From NCBI GenBank assembly GCA_038202665.1, contig JBBRES010000003.1, positions 1 through 34,700 of the forward strand: a stretch of 34,700 nucleotides of DNA, written 5' to 3'. A program made the position numbers and the translations under genes. The first letter of the stretch is position 1, and each line of letters opens with the position of its first letter. Of the stretch, positions 1 through 8,740 are shown piece after piece. The stretch is from Candidatus Kapaibacterium sp. (GTDB lineage Bacteria; Bacteroidota; Ignavibacteria; Kapaibacteriales; Kapaibacteriaceae). The notes below the pieces were generated by a model, which searched no databases, had not been told where the DNA came from, and saw only the letters and a list, made by a program, of their open reading frames with translations.

Positions 1-712
1 TATGGAGCAACACAGCCACAACCGTAGAATCCACTCCACCACTCAGTGCGCAAATCACGCCACCATTTCCAACAGTCTTCTGAATGTCTGCAATCGCGGC
101 ATCGATGAACGACGTTGCATTCCATGTTGGAGAGCAGCCGCAAATGGTTAGCACAAAATTCTTGAGGAGAACGCGACCTTCTGTGGTGTGAGCGACTTCG
201 GGATGGAACTGCACACCATAGATGCGACGCTTTGGATCGCGAATCGCACAGATGTCTGCGTTCTCTGTATGCGCAAGGTGTTCGAAGCCAGTTGGGAGGG
301 CGGTAAGGTGATCTCCATGACTCATCCACACTTGCGTTGCGGCGCGCATACCAACAAAGAGATCCGACCAGTCGTCGATCGTGAGCATGGCCCTGCCAAA
401 CTCCCGCCGTGCCGCCTTATCAACCTGACCTCCCAATTGATGGGCGATGAGTTGAAGTCCGTAGCAAATGCCCAACACCGGAATGTTCAACGAAAACACG
501 TCGAACGATGGCATGGGTGCACCTTCTGCGTAGACACTCGACGGACCTCCACTAAGGATCAGTCCTTTGGGCGCTAACGCCTCGAAGGCCTCTTTCGAGA
601 TGTTGTAGGGATGAATCTCTGCATACACACCGGCCTCACGCACTTTCCGTGCTATGATCTGTGTGTACTGAGAGCCAAAGTCGAGAATAACGATGCGTTC
701 GGAGTGTGTCAT
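1..712 (-). CDS. guaA: GMP synthase (glutamine-hydrolysing), 5' part; runs off the left edge
   Basis: Not in the ORF track. Manual translation from ATG at 712 gives MTHSERIVILDFGSQYTQIIARKVREAGVYAEIHPYN (class I GATase start of GuaA). The last codons in the window read VICALSGGVDSTVVAVLLH (PP-loop SGGVDS). Confidence 0.97.
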   Translation of the reverse strand, partial: MTHSERIVILDFGSQYTQIIARKVREAGVYAEIHPYNISKEAFEALAPKGLILSGGPSSVYAEGAPMPSFDVFSLNIPVLGICYGLQLIAHQLGGQVDKAARREFGRAMLTIDDWSDLFVGMRAATQVWMSHGDHLTALPTGFEHLAHTENADICAIRDPKRRIYGVQFHPEVAHTTEGRVLLKNFVLTICGCSPTWNATSFIDAAIADIQKTVGNGGVICALSGGVDSTVVAVLLH

Positions 713-719
713 ACGTGCA

Positions 720-727
720 CAAAAATA
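720..727 (-). promoter_or_regulatory. Bacteroidota-type -7 promoter element TATTTTTG for guaA
   Basis: Matches TAnnTTTG and lies 7 nt upstream of the guaA ATG. No SD sequence in between. Confidence 0.6.
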
Positions 728-753
728 CGAAAGGGCGGCCGAGCCGCCCTTTC
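721..753 (-). terminator. Intrinsic terminator of the beta-barrel gene
   Basis: Inverted repeat GAAAGGGCGGC/GCCGCCCTTTC (729-753) followed on the minus strand by GTATTTTT, about 30 nt after the stop at 786. Confidence 0.75.
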
Positions 754-785
754 AAAACATCAGGGAAGATGAATCTATCAGAAGA

Positions 786-1433
786 TCAGTCGCCAAGATT
801 GAACAGGTAGTTCACACCAAGGCCGAAGGAAGCGGTCTTTGGATTGTATGTGGTTTCTGAAGTCGACAGTCCGCTCGTGTCATTCATTCCCGTCAGCATA
901 TAGCCGGCATGAACGAGAAAGTTTAGGCTGCCTGATTTGTTACGCAAGACTGGAATCATACCGCCAATGCGCACTTCGATGGTCGGAGATGTCTGCTTGG
1001 ACGTAATGTCTGCTTCGGTTGAACCACTCACGTTCATCAAACTATACGAGAGCGGGAATCCGAATGATGCACCAATCTGAAAGCCAGACAGGAAGAGCAT
1101 CGGAGCAATGTTAAGGTAGGATCGCTTGTAGATGAAGGTGTTGTTGTCGTTTGCCAAGGCCTCGGACTCGGGGCGCATGCGAAACGTGTATTGTGCGTAG
1201 CCAAGGTCTGCCGTAAATCCGACCGATTCGTCTGTATTCAAAAGCATCCGAAACGTTGCGGCAAAATCTGGAATGGGATTGATGTTCACCCCTGTTTTAG
1301 CACCGGTTGGGATGTTTCCCACGTTCACGCCACCCTTCCAAAGTATGCTTGGACCGATGGCCATCTTTTGAGCCTGTACCCCTGTTGCCAGCAGTAACCC
1401 AAGCAAGGCGACGACAAGAAGTGTACGTTTCAT
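786..1433 (-). CDS. Outer-membrane beta-barrel protein (OMP_b-brl_2/porin-like)
   Basis: Signal peptide MKRTLLVVALLGLLLATGVQA, alternating amphipathic strands and a C-terminal strand FGLGVNYLF. Start moved to ATG 1433, which has GGAGA upstream. Confidence 0.75.
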   Translation of the reverse strand: MKRTLLVVALLGLLLATGVQAQKMAIGPSILWKGGVNVGNIPTGAKTGVNINPIPDFAATFRMLLNTDESVGFTADLGYAQYTFRMRPESEALANDNNTFIYKRSYLNIAPMLFLSGFQIGASFGFPLSYSLMNVSGSTEADITSKQTSPTIEVRIGGMIPVLRNKSGSLNFLVHAGYMLTGMNDTSGLSTSETTYNPKTASFGLGVNYLFNLGD

Positions 1434-1485
1434 AGTGTTCTCCAATGGTGAATTGCTCGATATCCGTAAATCTACTGCGATTTAT

Positions 1486-2709
1486 TCAAGGCTCGACAAA
1501 GTCTAGGTCTTTGCCAAAGGTCTCCTTCAAGAAGAACCACCCAGTAAAAGCCAATGCCAAGACGCCGATGCCAACAACGACGGCACTTTCCACAAGTGGC
1601 GCACCTTGAAAGGATGGATGTTGACGTAGTGTTTTGAAAAGAATGAGGGCGGGCACCAAGGCGCCTCGAACAACATTGGGAACTGTGGTGGCAACCGTCG
1701 CGCGCATGTTTGTCCCGAACTGCTCGGCCGCCGTTGTCACAAACACTGCCCAATACCCTGCGCTAAAGCCCAAGAGTCCACATTGCAGATACGTTAGCGC
1801 AGCAGAACGAGCAGGGGTGAAGAGATACCATGCCACCGTGCACACCGTCATGAGCAAAAAGAACATGATGGTCCGACGTCTGCTCTTGAGCCATTGACTA
1901 ATCAGACCACTCGCAAGATCGCCCGCAGCAAGTCCCACATACGTCCACATCACACTCTGTCCAGCCTCGATGGCCTCCATGCCGCCCCCCTCCTTGGTAA
2001 ACTCCGGACTAAACGTCACGAGAATACCAATGACGTACCAGATGGGCAGGCCAATGGCAACACTGGCCAAGTAGGCGGAGATGCGATCTTTTCGAAAGAC
2101 CATGAGGAAGTTGCCGCGCACCACACCCTCTGTGCGAGTCTTGTGGAACAGACCGGATTCTCGAATGCGCACGCGCATCACAAGGAGCCCAAGTCCCATA
2201 AGTCCACCGGCCACGAACGCCGCCTTCCAATCATAGAAGTGATGTACGAAGTAGGCGGCTACAGCACCTAGAATGCCCATGCTTGCCACCACGGTTGTCC
2301 CGTAGCCACGCGTTTGCTTGGGCATGATTTCCGCAACAAGCGTTACGGCCACACCAAGTTCCCCGGCAAGACCGATGCCCGAAAGAAAGCGGAACATAGC
2401 ATACATCGGGACCGACGTGACAAAAGCATTCGCGATGTTCATGATCGAATACATGAGGATAGATCCGAGCATTACCGAGAGTCGACCTTTCTTATCGGCA
2501 AGCATGCCAAAGAGAAGTCCACCCAACAACATCCCCACCATCTGCGAATTGATGATGAATTCGCTTGCATTCTGCATCGAGGCCGCGTCTACGCCAATAG
2601 ACTTGAGAGACTCGATACGCACGATACTAAACAGGATCAGATCGTAGATGTCGACGAAATATCCAAGACCGCAAACGAGAACCGTAAGCCAAATGCGAGA
2701 AGATGTCAT
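1486..2709 (-). CDS. MFS transporter
   Basis: About 12 hydrophobic segments, motif A GMLADKKGR, RFLSGIGLAGE and EQFGTNMRAT. Start moved to ATG 2709 (MTSSR), which overlaps the cdd stop as ATGA. Confidence 0.92.
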   Translation of the reverse strand: MTSSRIWLTVLVCGLGYFVDIYDLILFSIVRIESLKSIGVDAASMQNASEFIINSQMVGMLLGGLLFGMLADKKGRLSVMLGSILMYSIMNIANAFVTSVPMYAMFRFLSGIGLAGELGVAVTLVAEIMPKQTRGYGTTVVASMGILGAVAAYFVHHFYDWKAAFVAGGLMGLGLLVMRVRIRESGLFHKTRTEGVVRGNFLMVFRKDRISAYLASVAIGLPIWYVIGILVTFSPEFTKEGGGMEAIEAGQSVMWTYVGLAAGDLASGLISQWLKSRRRTIMFFLLMTVCTVAWYLFTPARSAALTYLQCGLLGFSAGYWAVFVTTAAEQFGTNMRATVATTVPNVVRGALVPALILFKTLRQHPSFQGAPLVESAVVVGIGVLALAFTGWFFLKETFGKDLDFVEP

Positions 2710-3116
2710 GAGGGTGGCAAGGAAGAAGGGGAGAATCCCGATGGAAGAAGTTCCTGCATAGTAAAGCGTTGTTCCTTTCCGCTCAACGTCCGACATATCA
2801 CTATCATGTGCATCGACATCTCTGCCAACACCTGTCTACAAGCACCGCATGGCGTAATGGGCTCTGGCGTATCGGCAATCACCACGCAGCACACAACATC
2901 GCGATGCGCATCTGCAACCGCAGCGGTTACCGCTGCGCGCTCGGCGCATTGAGTGAGACCGTAGCTGGCGTTCTCTACGTTGCAGCCAGCATAGATTTTT
3001 CCATCTGTTGTAACAAGCGCAGCACCAACGTGGAAGTTCGAATAGGGCGCATAGGCACGCTCGCGCACAAGAGTTGCGCGCTCAATGGCCATACGAAGTA
3101 GTGACTCGTCGATCAT
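2706..3116 (-). CDS. cdd: Cytidine deaminase (homotetrameric type)
   Basis: AYAPYSNFHVGAA, GCNVENASYGLTQCAER and PCGACRQ zinc motifs; 136 aa. Confidence 0.95.
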   Translation of the reverse strand: MIDESLLRMAIERATLVRERAYAPYSNFHVGAALVTTDGKIYAGCNVENASYGLTQCAERAAVTAAVADAHRDVVCCVVIADTPEPITPCGACRQVLAEMSMHMIVICRTLSGKEQRFTMQELLPSGFSPSSLPPS

Positions 3117-3123
3117 GACTTCC

Positions 3124-3131
3124 TAGATTTG
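3124..3131 (+). promoter_or_regulatory. -7 element TAGATTTG for mutY
   Basis: TAnnTTTG match 4 nt before the GTG start at 3136. Confidence 0.5.
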
Positions 3132-3135
3132 CGAG

Positions 3136-4047
3136 GTGAAGTTCAAAGATACATTACGTACTGCCTTGCGAGCGAAGGTGGTTGCATGGTATAACCATGC
3201 CGCACGACCATTCCCTTGGCGCGTAGATGTGCCAGACCCCTACATGATCTTCGTAAGCGAGGTGATGCTTCAGCAAACGCAAGCTTTGCGCGTTGCGCAG
3301 AAGTTGCCTGTATTTCTTGAAAGCTTTCCAAGCATCCGCCATCTAGCCAATGCATCCACGGGTACAATCATCAGAGCATGGCAGGGTATGGGATACAACA
3401 GTCGAGCTCTACGATTACGTGACGCGGCACGGATGATTGTTGAAGAATTCGACGGAGTTGTTCCTTCGGATCCCGTGCAATTGAAAACGCTTCCCGGTAT
3501 CGGTCCATACGCATCCGCATCGATTGCCTGCTTCGCCTACAACAAACGAACCATTGTGCTGGATGTGAACATTCGAAGAGTGTATTCGCGGTGGATGCAG
3601 AAGCAGAAGACAACGGTTGACGTAATGTCGGAGAGCATGCTGCAGGAATTCGCGGCTATCATCATTCCACCTCGCCACCCTTCCCGCTGGCACAATGCGG
3701 TAATGGAGCTTGGAGCTCTCATATGCACGGCGCGCGCGCCGCAGTGTGGCATGTGTCCGACGTCATCTATCTGCGCGTCGGCTCATCGAATGACGGAAGG
3801 TGTGCGCATCAAGAAGGAAGAGCCCCTGTTTCGCAACGAGCCTCAGCGCATTTGGCGAGGTCGTGTGGTCGAAGTCTTGCGAGTCAAACCGCTCGGAGCA
3901 TCGATTACTGCACGTGCTCTCTTCAAAGTCACCACGCGCACAGTTGCCACAGAACAGGAAATGAAATGGTTTCGCGATCTCCTTCGGAAGATCGCGCGAG
4001 ACGGATTGATCGTACTGGACGGCGACGTTGTGCGACTGCACGATTGA
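3136..4047 (+). CDS. mutY: A/G-specific adenine glycosylase (HhH-GPD, 4Fe-4S), short form
   Basis: FPWR, VSEVMLQQTQ, WQGMGYNSRA, HhH LPGIGPY, DVNIRRV and Fe-S motif CTARAPQCGMCPTSSIC. Confidence 0.9.
   Translation: MKFKDTLRTALRAKVVAWYNHAARPFPWRVDVPDPYMIFVSEVMLQQTQALRVAQKLPVFLESFPSIRHLANASTGTIIRAWQGMGYNSRALRLRDAARMIVEEFDGVVPSDPVQLKTLPGIGPYASASIACFAYNKRTIVLDVNIRRVYSRWMQKQKTTVDVMSESMLQEFAAIIIPPRHPSRWHNAVMELGALICTARAPQCGMCPTSSICASAHRMTEGVRIKKEEPLFRNEPQRIWRGRVVEVLRVKPLGASITARALFKVTTRTVATEQEMKWFRDLLRKIARDGLIVLDGDVVRLHD
3144..3151 (-). promoter_or_regulatory. -7 element TATCTTTG for cdd-MFS
   Basis: TAnnTTTG match on the minus strand, 27 nt upstream of the cdd ATG and inside the start of mutY. Confidence 0.45.
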
Positions 4048-5358
4048 TCACAATGTGTACTTGATCCCCGCCGTGAAGACGTTGAACTGACTCACACTAT
4101 AGTCAACCGAGATTCGAAATGCATCGATGATGCCCGTTGCACCAATCGTCCACTTGATGTTCTGTGCTGCGCTGTGGATGTTCGACGACTGCGGTCTCGT
4201 GTCGCCCGGATAACACGGAAGATCCGGATTTGATGGTGCACCTGGCGAAGGAGGCTGTGGCAGCAGTCCCAACTGAATTTGAATTTCTTGTGGAAGCGGA
4301 TACGTGTACGTGGAATTCACCGAGATGGTCTCATAGGAGATTCCGGAATAGAGATCGAGCACTTCCCACAGTCGCTTGCTTGCATGAAGATTGAAGTTGA
4401 AGATCGTTGCTGTTGCATCAAGTGTTGCATTGGTGTAACCCACAGTGTTCTTCAGGTTTGTGCCCTGATAGCCGAACTGTGCTGCCATGTCGAACCAGTC
4501 TTCCGGAAAATATTGCGACAGACTATGACGGATGGCGCCGCCCCAGAACGCGAACTTCCCAACGTTCTTGTCGAACTCGACGGGTGGTATGAAGCGAATC
4601 ATGATCTCTGTCCCGAAGAGCGAACCAATTTCCAGTTGTGGCACTGCCGCAACGATGACGTTCATGTTTGCGCCGGGTGGTAGAGTGAGATAGCTGTTGA
4701 GCTTCAATCTCGACACAAGTGTATCAAGCTGCGCTGCCGTGGAGGGCGACGTTGCAAGGAGCACTTTGTATTCCGGACGTGCTCGCAGAAGTGCGAGAAG
4801 TTCTGAAGTGGAAGGAAGAATCACTCGCGTGTCGGGCTGATAGCCGAACAGCGTTGGTGCCTTCTCTGGAAGGATGAGCTTGTTCGAGTCTAGGGCATCG
4901 CGGAAAATCTCGTTCATCAACGACGTGGCAAGACCAAGCGTATCGCCGTAGTTCGGATTGATCGTGTAGACTGGTTTTCCATCAACGATTTTTAGCGACC
5001 CGTACTTCGTCAGTTCATTGCCTACGTCTGTACGCGGACCTAGATTTAACGTTGGCTTGAACCACTTCATGTCCTCCTGTACGAAGCCCACCATCGTGTT
5101 TACGCTGACGCGGAAATAGGGCTTGTCAACTTTTTTAGGAATACGTGCCCCATCAAAGAATCGAGAATTGGACGTGGCATTGATACTCACTACCATTGGC
5201 TGAATGAACGGCACAGCATTACTCTCGAAGAGCGTCTTGGTGAGGTTGCGTGTAATGTCTACGTTCAATGGCACGATCACGTTTGAACACGTATCAGGAA
5301 CTGCATGCAGAACCGTCGTAGCCACAAGAAGACATAGTATGATTTGTACGTGCTTCAT
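4048..5358 (-). CDS. Exported/outer-membrane protein, DUF6588-like
   Basis: Signal peptide MKHVQIILCLLVATTVLHA; ATG 5358 forms an ATGA overlap with the upstream gene. PQLEIG...EIMIRFIP...WGGAIRHSLSQY resembles DUF6588. Barrel-like C-terminus TAGIKYTL. Confidence 0.65.
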   Translation of the reverse strand: MKHVQIILCLLVATTVLHAVPDTCSNVIVPLNVDITRNLTKTLFESNAVPFIQPMVVSINATSNSRFFDGARIPKKVDKPYFRVSVNTMVGFVQEDMKWFKPTLNLGPRTDVGNELTKYGSLKIVDGKPVYTINPNYGDTLGLATSLMNEIFRDALDSNKLILPEKAPTLFGYQPDTRVILPSTSELLALLRARPEYKVLLATSPSTAAQLDTLVSRLKLNSYLTLPPGANMNVIVAAVPQLEIGSLFGTEIMIRFIPPVEFDKNVGKFAFWGGAIRHSLSQYFPEDWFDMAAQFGYQGTNLKNTVGYTNATLDATATIFNFNLHASKRLWEVLDLYSGISYETISVNSTYTYPLPQEIQIQLGLLPQPPSPGAPSNPDLPCYPGDTRPQSSNIHSAAQNIKWTIGATGIIDAFRISVDYSVSQFNVFTAGIKYTL

Positions 5359-5540
5359 TTGCGTGTGAGCCAATTTTTCACAAGAAGATAGACGGGAATA
5401 GCAATGATCATCATCAAAATCACCTGGAACCCAAACCACATCAGGGAAAAGATGTGGAACAGCGTCCACAACAACACTTTGAAAATCATCCATGCAATAA
5501 GCACGGCGATGACAATGGCGAGGATATTCTTCCCGTTCAT
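5355..5540 (-). CDS. Small membrane protein (61 aa, two hydrophobic helices)
   Basis: Fills the gap between the GT4 gene (3 bp away) and the DUF6588-like gene (ATGA overlap). Strongly hydrophobic with a basic C-terminus. Confidence 0.8.
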   Translation of the reverse strand: MNGKNILAIVIAVLIAWMIFKVLLWTLFHIFSLMWFGFQVILMMIIAIPVYLLVKNWLTRK

Positions 5541-5543
5541 AGG

Positions 5544-6860
5544 TTACCTTTCTACCGTTATCGCATCCAAGATGCGTGCCAAAAAGTGCGCCGATTCTCT
5601 CCGTTCGAACTTCGTCACTGCCGCAGGATCTGGCGTTGCCATGGGTTTGTTGTGCTTCCATCGAGTGTACATGGTTTCGACGATCGAGGCTACTGCCTCC
5701 ACATCATCTTGCGGTGCACTCATTCCGGCCTTCGTCTCCATCACAAGCTGTTCAATGGCGCTTCCCCGTGGAGCAAGAGCGATTACAGGTCGGTACGTGC
5801 CAATGTATTCATACACCTTGCCCGGAACAATTTCTGCGCTCTCTTTGGTCTCGTCTACAATCAGCAACAGCACGTCGCTCTTCATCAAGTACGCAATGCT
5901 CTCTGCATGCGGAACGTAGGCGATGTTTTCTACGCTTGGTGCGAAGCGAGATGCTTCGAGCATGGTTTTGACATCGTCTCCAAACCGACCCACAAATCGC
6001 AGATGAACACTCTCTGGCGAGAGCACTCCGCGCTCATGCAGCACATCGAGCGCGCGTAGGAACTTTGCCGGATTACGTCTACCGTACATCGAGCCCGTAT
6101 AGGTGATGGTGAATACGTCGTTCTTCACATAATCAACGCGCGGCATGTCGTTCGAATCGAAACCGTTCGGCACGTGATAGAACTTCGATCTCTCTAGCGT
6201 TGGATACTTCGAGAGTGCATCATCGATAATGCCTTGCCATGCGCACTCTACAGCATCCGCCTCTGCAAACACACTGCGCTCTAAAGATCTGTCGATCGCT
6301 GCCGGGAGGAACCACCTATCCGGGGTTGTGAGAAAACCCGTCCACGGATCACGAAACCCTGCAACCCATGGCCTCTTCGTTTGACGATGCAGGGCACGTC
6401 CGATGAGTGCGCAGGTATAGGGCGGCGAGGAGGTGTAGATCGCATCAATGTTTTCGCGCTCAATGAGATTCCTTCCCACCTTCACAGCCGTAAGCAACCA
6501 TCCAACCCTTGCATCTGGAATGAAGAATGTTGCGCGAATGAATTCGGCCAAGCGCTCTTTCCATCCACTGCGTTGCGCGTTCGATTTGTTCACGTTCACG
6601 TCGATGGCCGCTGATTTTTTGCCCATGAGAGAGCGATAGAGATCGTAGGGCTCGTAAATGCGAACACGATGCACGTCTACATAGTCTGGAATTTTCTCGA
6701 GCAATGACTCGTCACGTGCCGGAAAATCCCCGTTCTCAACCGTAAGAACGATGGGCTTCCATCCTGCTTCGTGCAAATACGTGACGTGCTTTAACACCCG
6801 TTGCACGCCTGGGCCACCACCTGGAGGAAAGTGATATGCTACAACGAGAACCTTCTTCAT
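5544..6860 (-). CDS. Glycosyltransferase family 4 (GT-B)
   Basis: MKKVLVVAYHFPPGGGPGVQR, FRDPW, VPNGFD, TYTGSMY and PGKVYEY. Start moved to ATG 6860 (ATGA overlap with the methyltransferase stop). Confidence 0.9.
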   Translation of the reverse strand: MKKVLVVAYHFPPGGGPGVQRVLKHVTYLHEAGWKPIVLTVENGDFPARDESLLEKIPDYVDVHRVRIYEPYDLYRSLMGKKSAAIDVNVNKSNAQRSGWKERLAEFIRATFFIPDARVGWLLTAVKVGRNLIERENIDAIYTSSPPYTCALIGRALHRQTKRPWVAGFRDPWTGFLTTPDRWFLPAAIDRSLERSVFAEADAVECAWQGIIDDALSKYPTLERSKFYHVPNGFDSNDMPRVDYVKNDVFTITYTGSMYGRRNPAKFLRALDVLHERGVLSPESVHLRFVGRFGDDVKTMLEASRFAPSVENIAYVPHAESIAYLMKSDVLLLIVDETKESAEIVPGKVYEYIGTYRPVIALAPRGSAIEQLVMETKAGMSAPQDDVEAVASIVETMYTRWKHNKPMATPDPAAVTKFERRESAHFLARILDAITVER

Positions 6861-7693
6861 GAAGGAACACGCAAGAGGAAGGCCGCCTCCATGGCCAGCG
6901 CACGAACGAATCCTAGACCTGACAGTGCGGTAATCTCGAGCGTTGGAATCCAAGGCTTACTATACTTCCAACGAAACACCGGGCGCAAGGCAAAGTATCG
7001 TTGGTCAAGTATCTCAAAGCCCTCGGCAACTGCAGAGGTGCGTACACGATTTGCGGAAAGTCGGATGACGGCAAGACGTTCGACTTCTTCTTTGTTGACC
7101 GTCGTGGTCTTGTTGATGAACTTCTGAAAGATCGACCGTGGGAGCATGTGTATGAACGGCAGCTTGGCAAGGCGCGTGTCGAGCAACTGTTGGTGTCCAC
7201 CATACGGAGAGGTGTAGGGCGGAAAGGTGAGAAGGAGAACGCCGCCGGGCTTGAGCAGACGTTTGATATTGCGTAAGGCAATACTTGTGTCGTCTAGGTG
7301 TTCAATCACATCCCGTAACATCACCAAATCAAATCTGCCATGCCATTGCGTAGGGATCTCTTCATAGATCACATCATGTTCCGTCAGTTCGACTGTGTAG
7401 CCTGCGATCGACGCGCACTTCGTTGTTACCTCACGGAGGAGCGGACCTTGGATATCGGTTCCCAAGGCATACGATGCTCCTGCATCGACGCATGCCATGA
7501 GAACACCACCTTCTGCGCAACCGATCTCTGCAACAGCCGCGCCATTGCACGATATGCCGCGAGACGCAAGCCAGGGGATGAGCGTTCCTTGTGCGAGCTT
7601 GAACTGACTAATCCAGTTTCGCGTCGTGCGTGGATGCAGCTTGGCAGAGATGATCGCTTGAACAGGATCGTGATTTGATGGAGATGGTGTCAT
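6857..7693 (-). CDS. Class I SAM-dependent methyltransferase
   Basis: Motif I AEIGCAEGG, FDLVMLRDVIEHL and LLKPGGVLLLTFP. Confidence 0.9.
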   Translation of the reverse strand: MTPSPSNHDPVQAIISAKLHPRTTRNWISQFKLAQGTLIPWLASRGISCNGAAVAEIGCAEGGVLMACVDAGASYALGTDIQGPLLREVTTKCASIAGYTVELTEHDVIYEEIPTQWHGRFDLVMLRDVIEHLDDTSIALRNIKRLLKPGGVLLLTFPPYTSPYGGHQQLLDTRLAKLPFIHMLPRSIFQKFINKTTTVNKEEVERLAVIRLSANRVRTSAVAEGFEILDQRYFALRPVFRWKYSKPWIPTLEITALSGLGFVRALAMEAAFLLRVPS

Positions 7694-7701
7694 AGAACGG
7701 C

Positions 7702-7721
7702 CAAAGTTACGTGTATTTTTG
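7702..7721. promoter_or_regulatory. Back-to-back divergent -7 elements (TAACTTTG minus 7702-7709; TATTTTTG plus 7714-7721)
   Basis: Two TAnnTTTG matches 4 bp apart in a 45-bp divergent spacer, 8 nt and 17 nt from the respective ATGs. Confidence 0.65.
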
Positions 7722-7738
7722 TGCCAATCCCTACCCCT

Positions 7739-8740
7739 ATGAAGTACTCCATCATCGTTGCCATCTATAACCGTCCAGATGAATTGGACGAGTTACTAGA
7801 AAGCCTTACACATCAGTCCTACACCGACTTCGAAGTAATCGTTGTGGAGGATGGTTCGACCATTCCTTGCAAGGAAGTTTGCGACCGGTATCATGGTCGG
7901 CTCCACGTGCAGTATTACAGCAAGCCGAACACAGGACCGGGTCCGTCGCGAAACTTCGGCTGCAGACGTGCCACGGGCGACTACTTCTTGTTCATCGACT
8001 CAGACTGCACAGTTCCCGAACAGTACATGCAGGCGATCGAGACTGCGGTTGAAGCACAGCATTTGGATGCCTTTGGTGGACCCGATCGTGAGCACGTCTC
8101 TTTTTCACCCATGCAAAAAGCCATCAGTTATTCGATGACGTCGTTCCTTACCACCGGAGGTATACGTGGGAAGAAGGTTCGCGTTGGCGGGGTTTTTCAT
8201 CCTCGCTCGTTTAACATGGGAATCTCCCGCGCAGTGTTCAACAAGACGGATGGCTTTGCGCAAATGCGATTTGGCGAGGACGTGGAGTTTAGCATACGCA
8301 TGATTGAGCACGGATTTCGAGTTGGTCTGATCCCAGATGCCTTTGTGTATCACAAGCGACGCACCGACTTAAAGAAGTTCTTCAAACAAGTGCACAATAG
8401 CGGCATGGCACGCATCAGCATCTTCCTCCGACATCGGGATTCCCTCAAGCTCACGCACACTCTCCCTGCCGCCTTCACCGTGTATTGCCTTGTTGCAGTG
8501 CTGTACACACTCTTTGAGCCACATGGTTGGGTAGCTGCCGTGCCGTTGGCATTGTTTGTTGTGGCCGTGTTTACAGAGGGGAGTGTTCGGTACCGTTCAG
8601 CATCGTTGGGCATACTCTGCATTGCCGCTTCCGTTGTGCAACTGATCGGTTACGGAATTGGATTTATCCGCGCCGTGGTGTGGCGCATCATCATGAACAA
8701 GCCGGATGTGGTAGCGTTCGAACGAACGTTTTACAAATAG
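7739..8740 (+). CDS. Glycosyltransferase family 2 with C-terminal membrane helices
   Basis: MKYSIIVAIYNR, VVEDGS, GPGPSRNFG, DxD motif FIDSD, FGEDVEF, VYHKRR and a hydrophobic C-terminus. Start moved to ATG 7739. Confidence 0.92.
   Translation: MKYSIIVAIYNRPDELDELLESLTHQSYTDFEVIVVEDGSTIPCKEVCDRYHGRLHVQYYSKPNTGPGPSRNFGCRRATGDYFLFIDSDCTVPEQYMQAIETAVEAQHLDAFGGPDREHVSFSPMQKAISYSMTSFLTTGGIRGKKVRVGGVFHPRSFNMGISRAVFNKTDGFAQMRFGEDVEFSIRMIEHGFRVGLIPDAFVYHKRRTDLKKFFKQVHNSGMARISIFLRHRDSLKLTHTLPAAFTVYCLVAVLYTLFEPHGWVAAVPLALFVVAVFTEGSVRYRSASLGILCIAASVVQLIGYGIGFIRAVVWRIIMNKPDVVAFERTFYK

Noticed and set aside
188-577. 129-aa plus-strand ORF
   Set aside because: Antisense shadow of guaA, which the ORF track missed because it is truncated by the window edge.
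713-785. Purine riboswitch upstream of guaA
   Set aside because: Only a simple hairpin is present, with no three-way junction consensus. The putative promoter box is 7 nt from the ATG.
786-1433. Assignment as T9SS component PorT
   Set aside because: Size and barrel pattern are compatible with the family, but I cannot see PorT-specific motifs. Left as a generic beta-barrel.
5359-5661. N-terminal 101 aa of the 537-aa ORF (and similar extensions on the MFS, GT4, GT2, E1 and giant ORFs)
   Set aside because: They overlap real upstream genes or precede clear signal peptides and SD sites. Downstream ATGs fit better.
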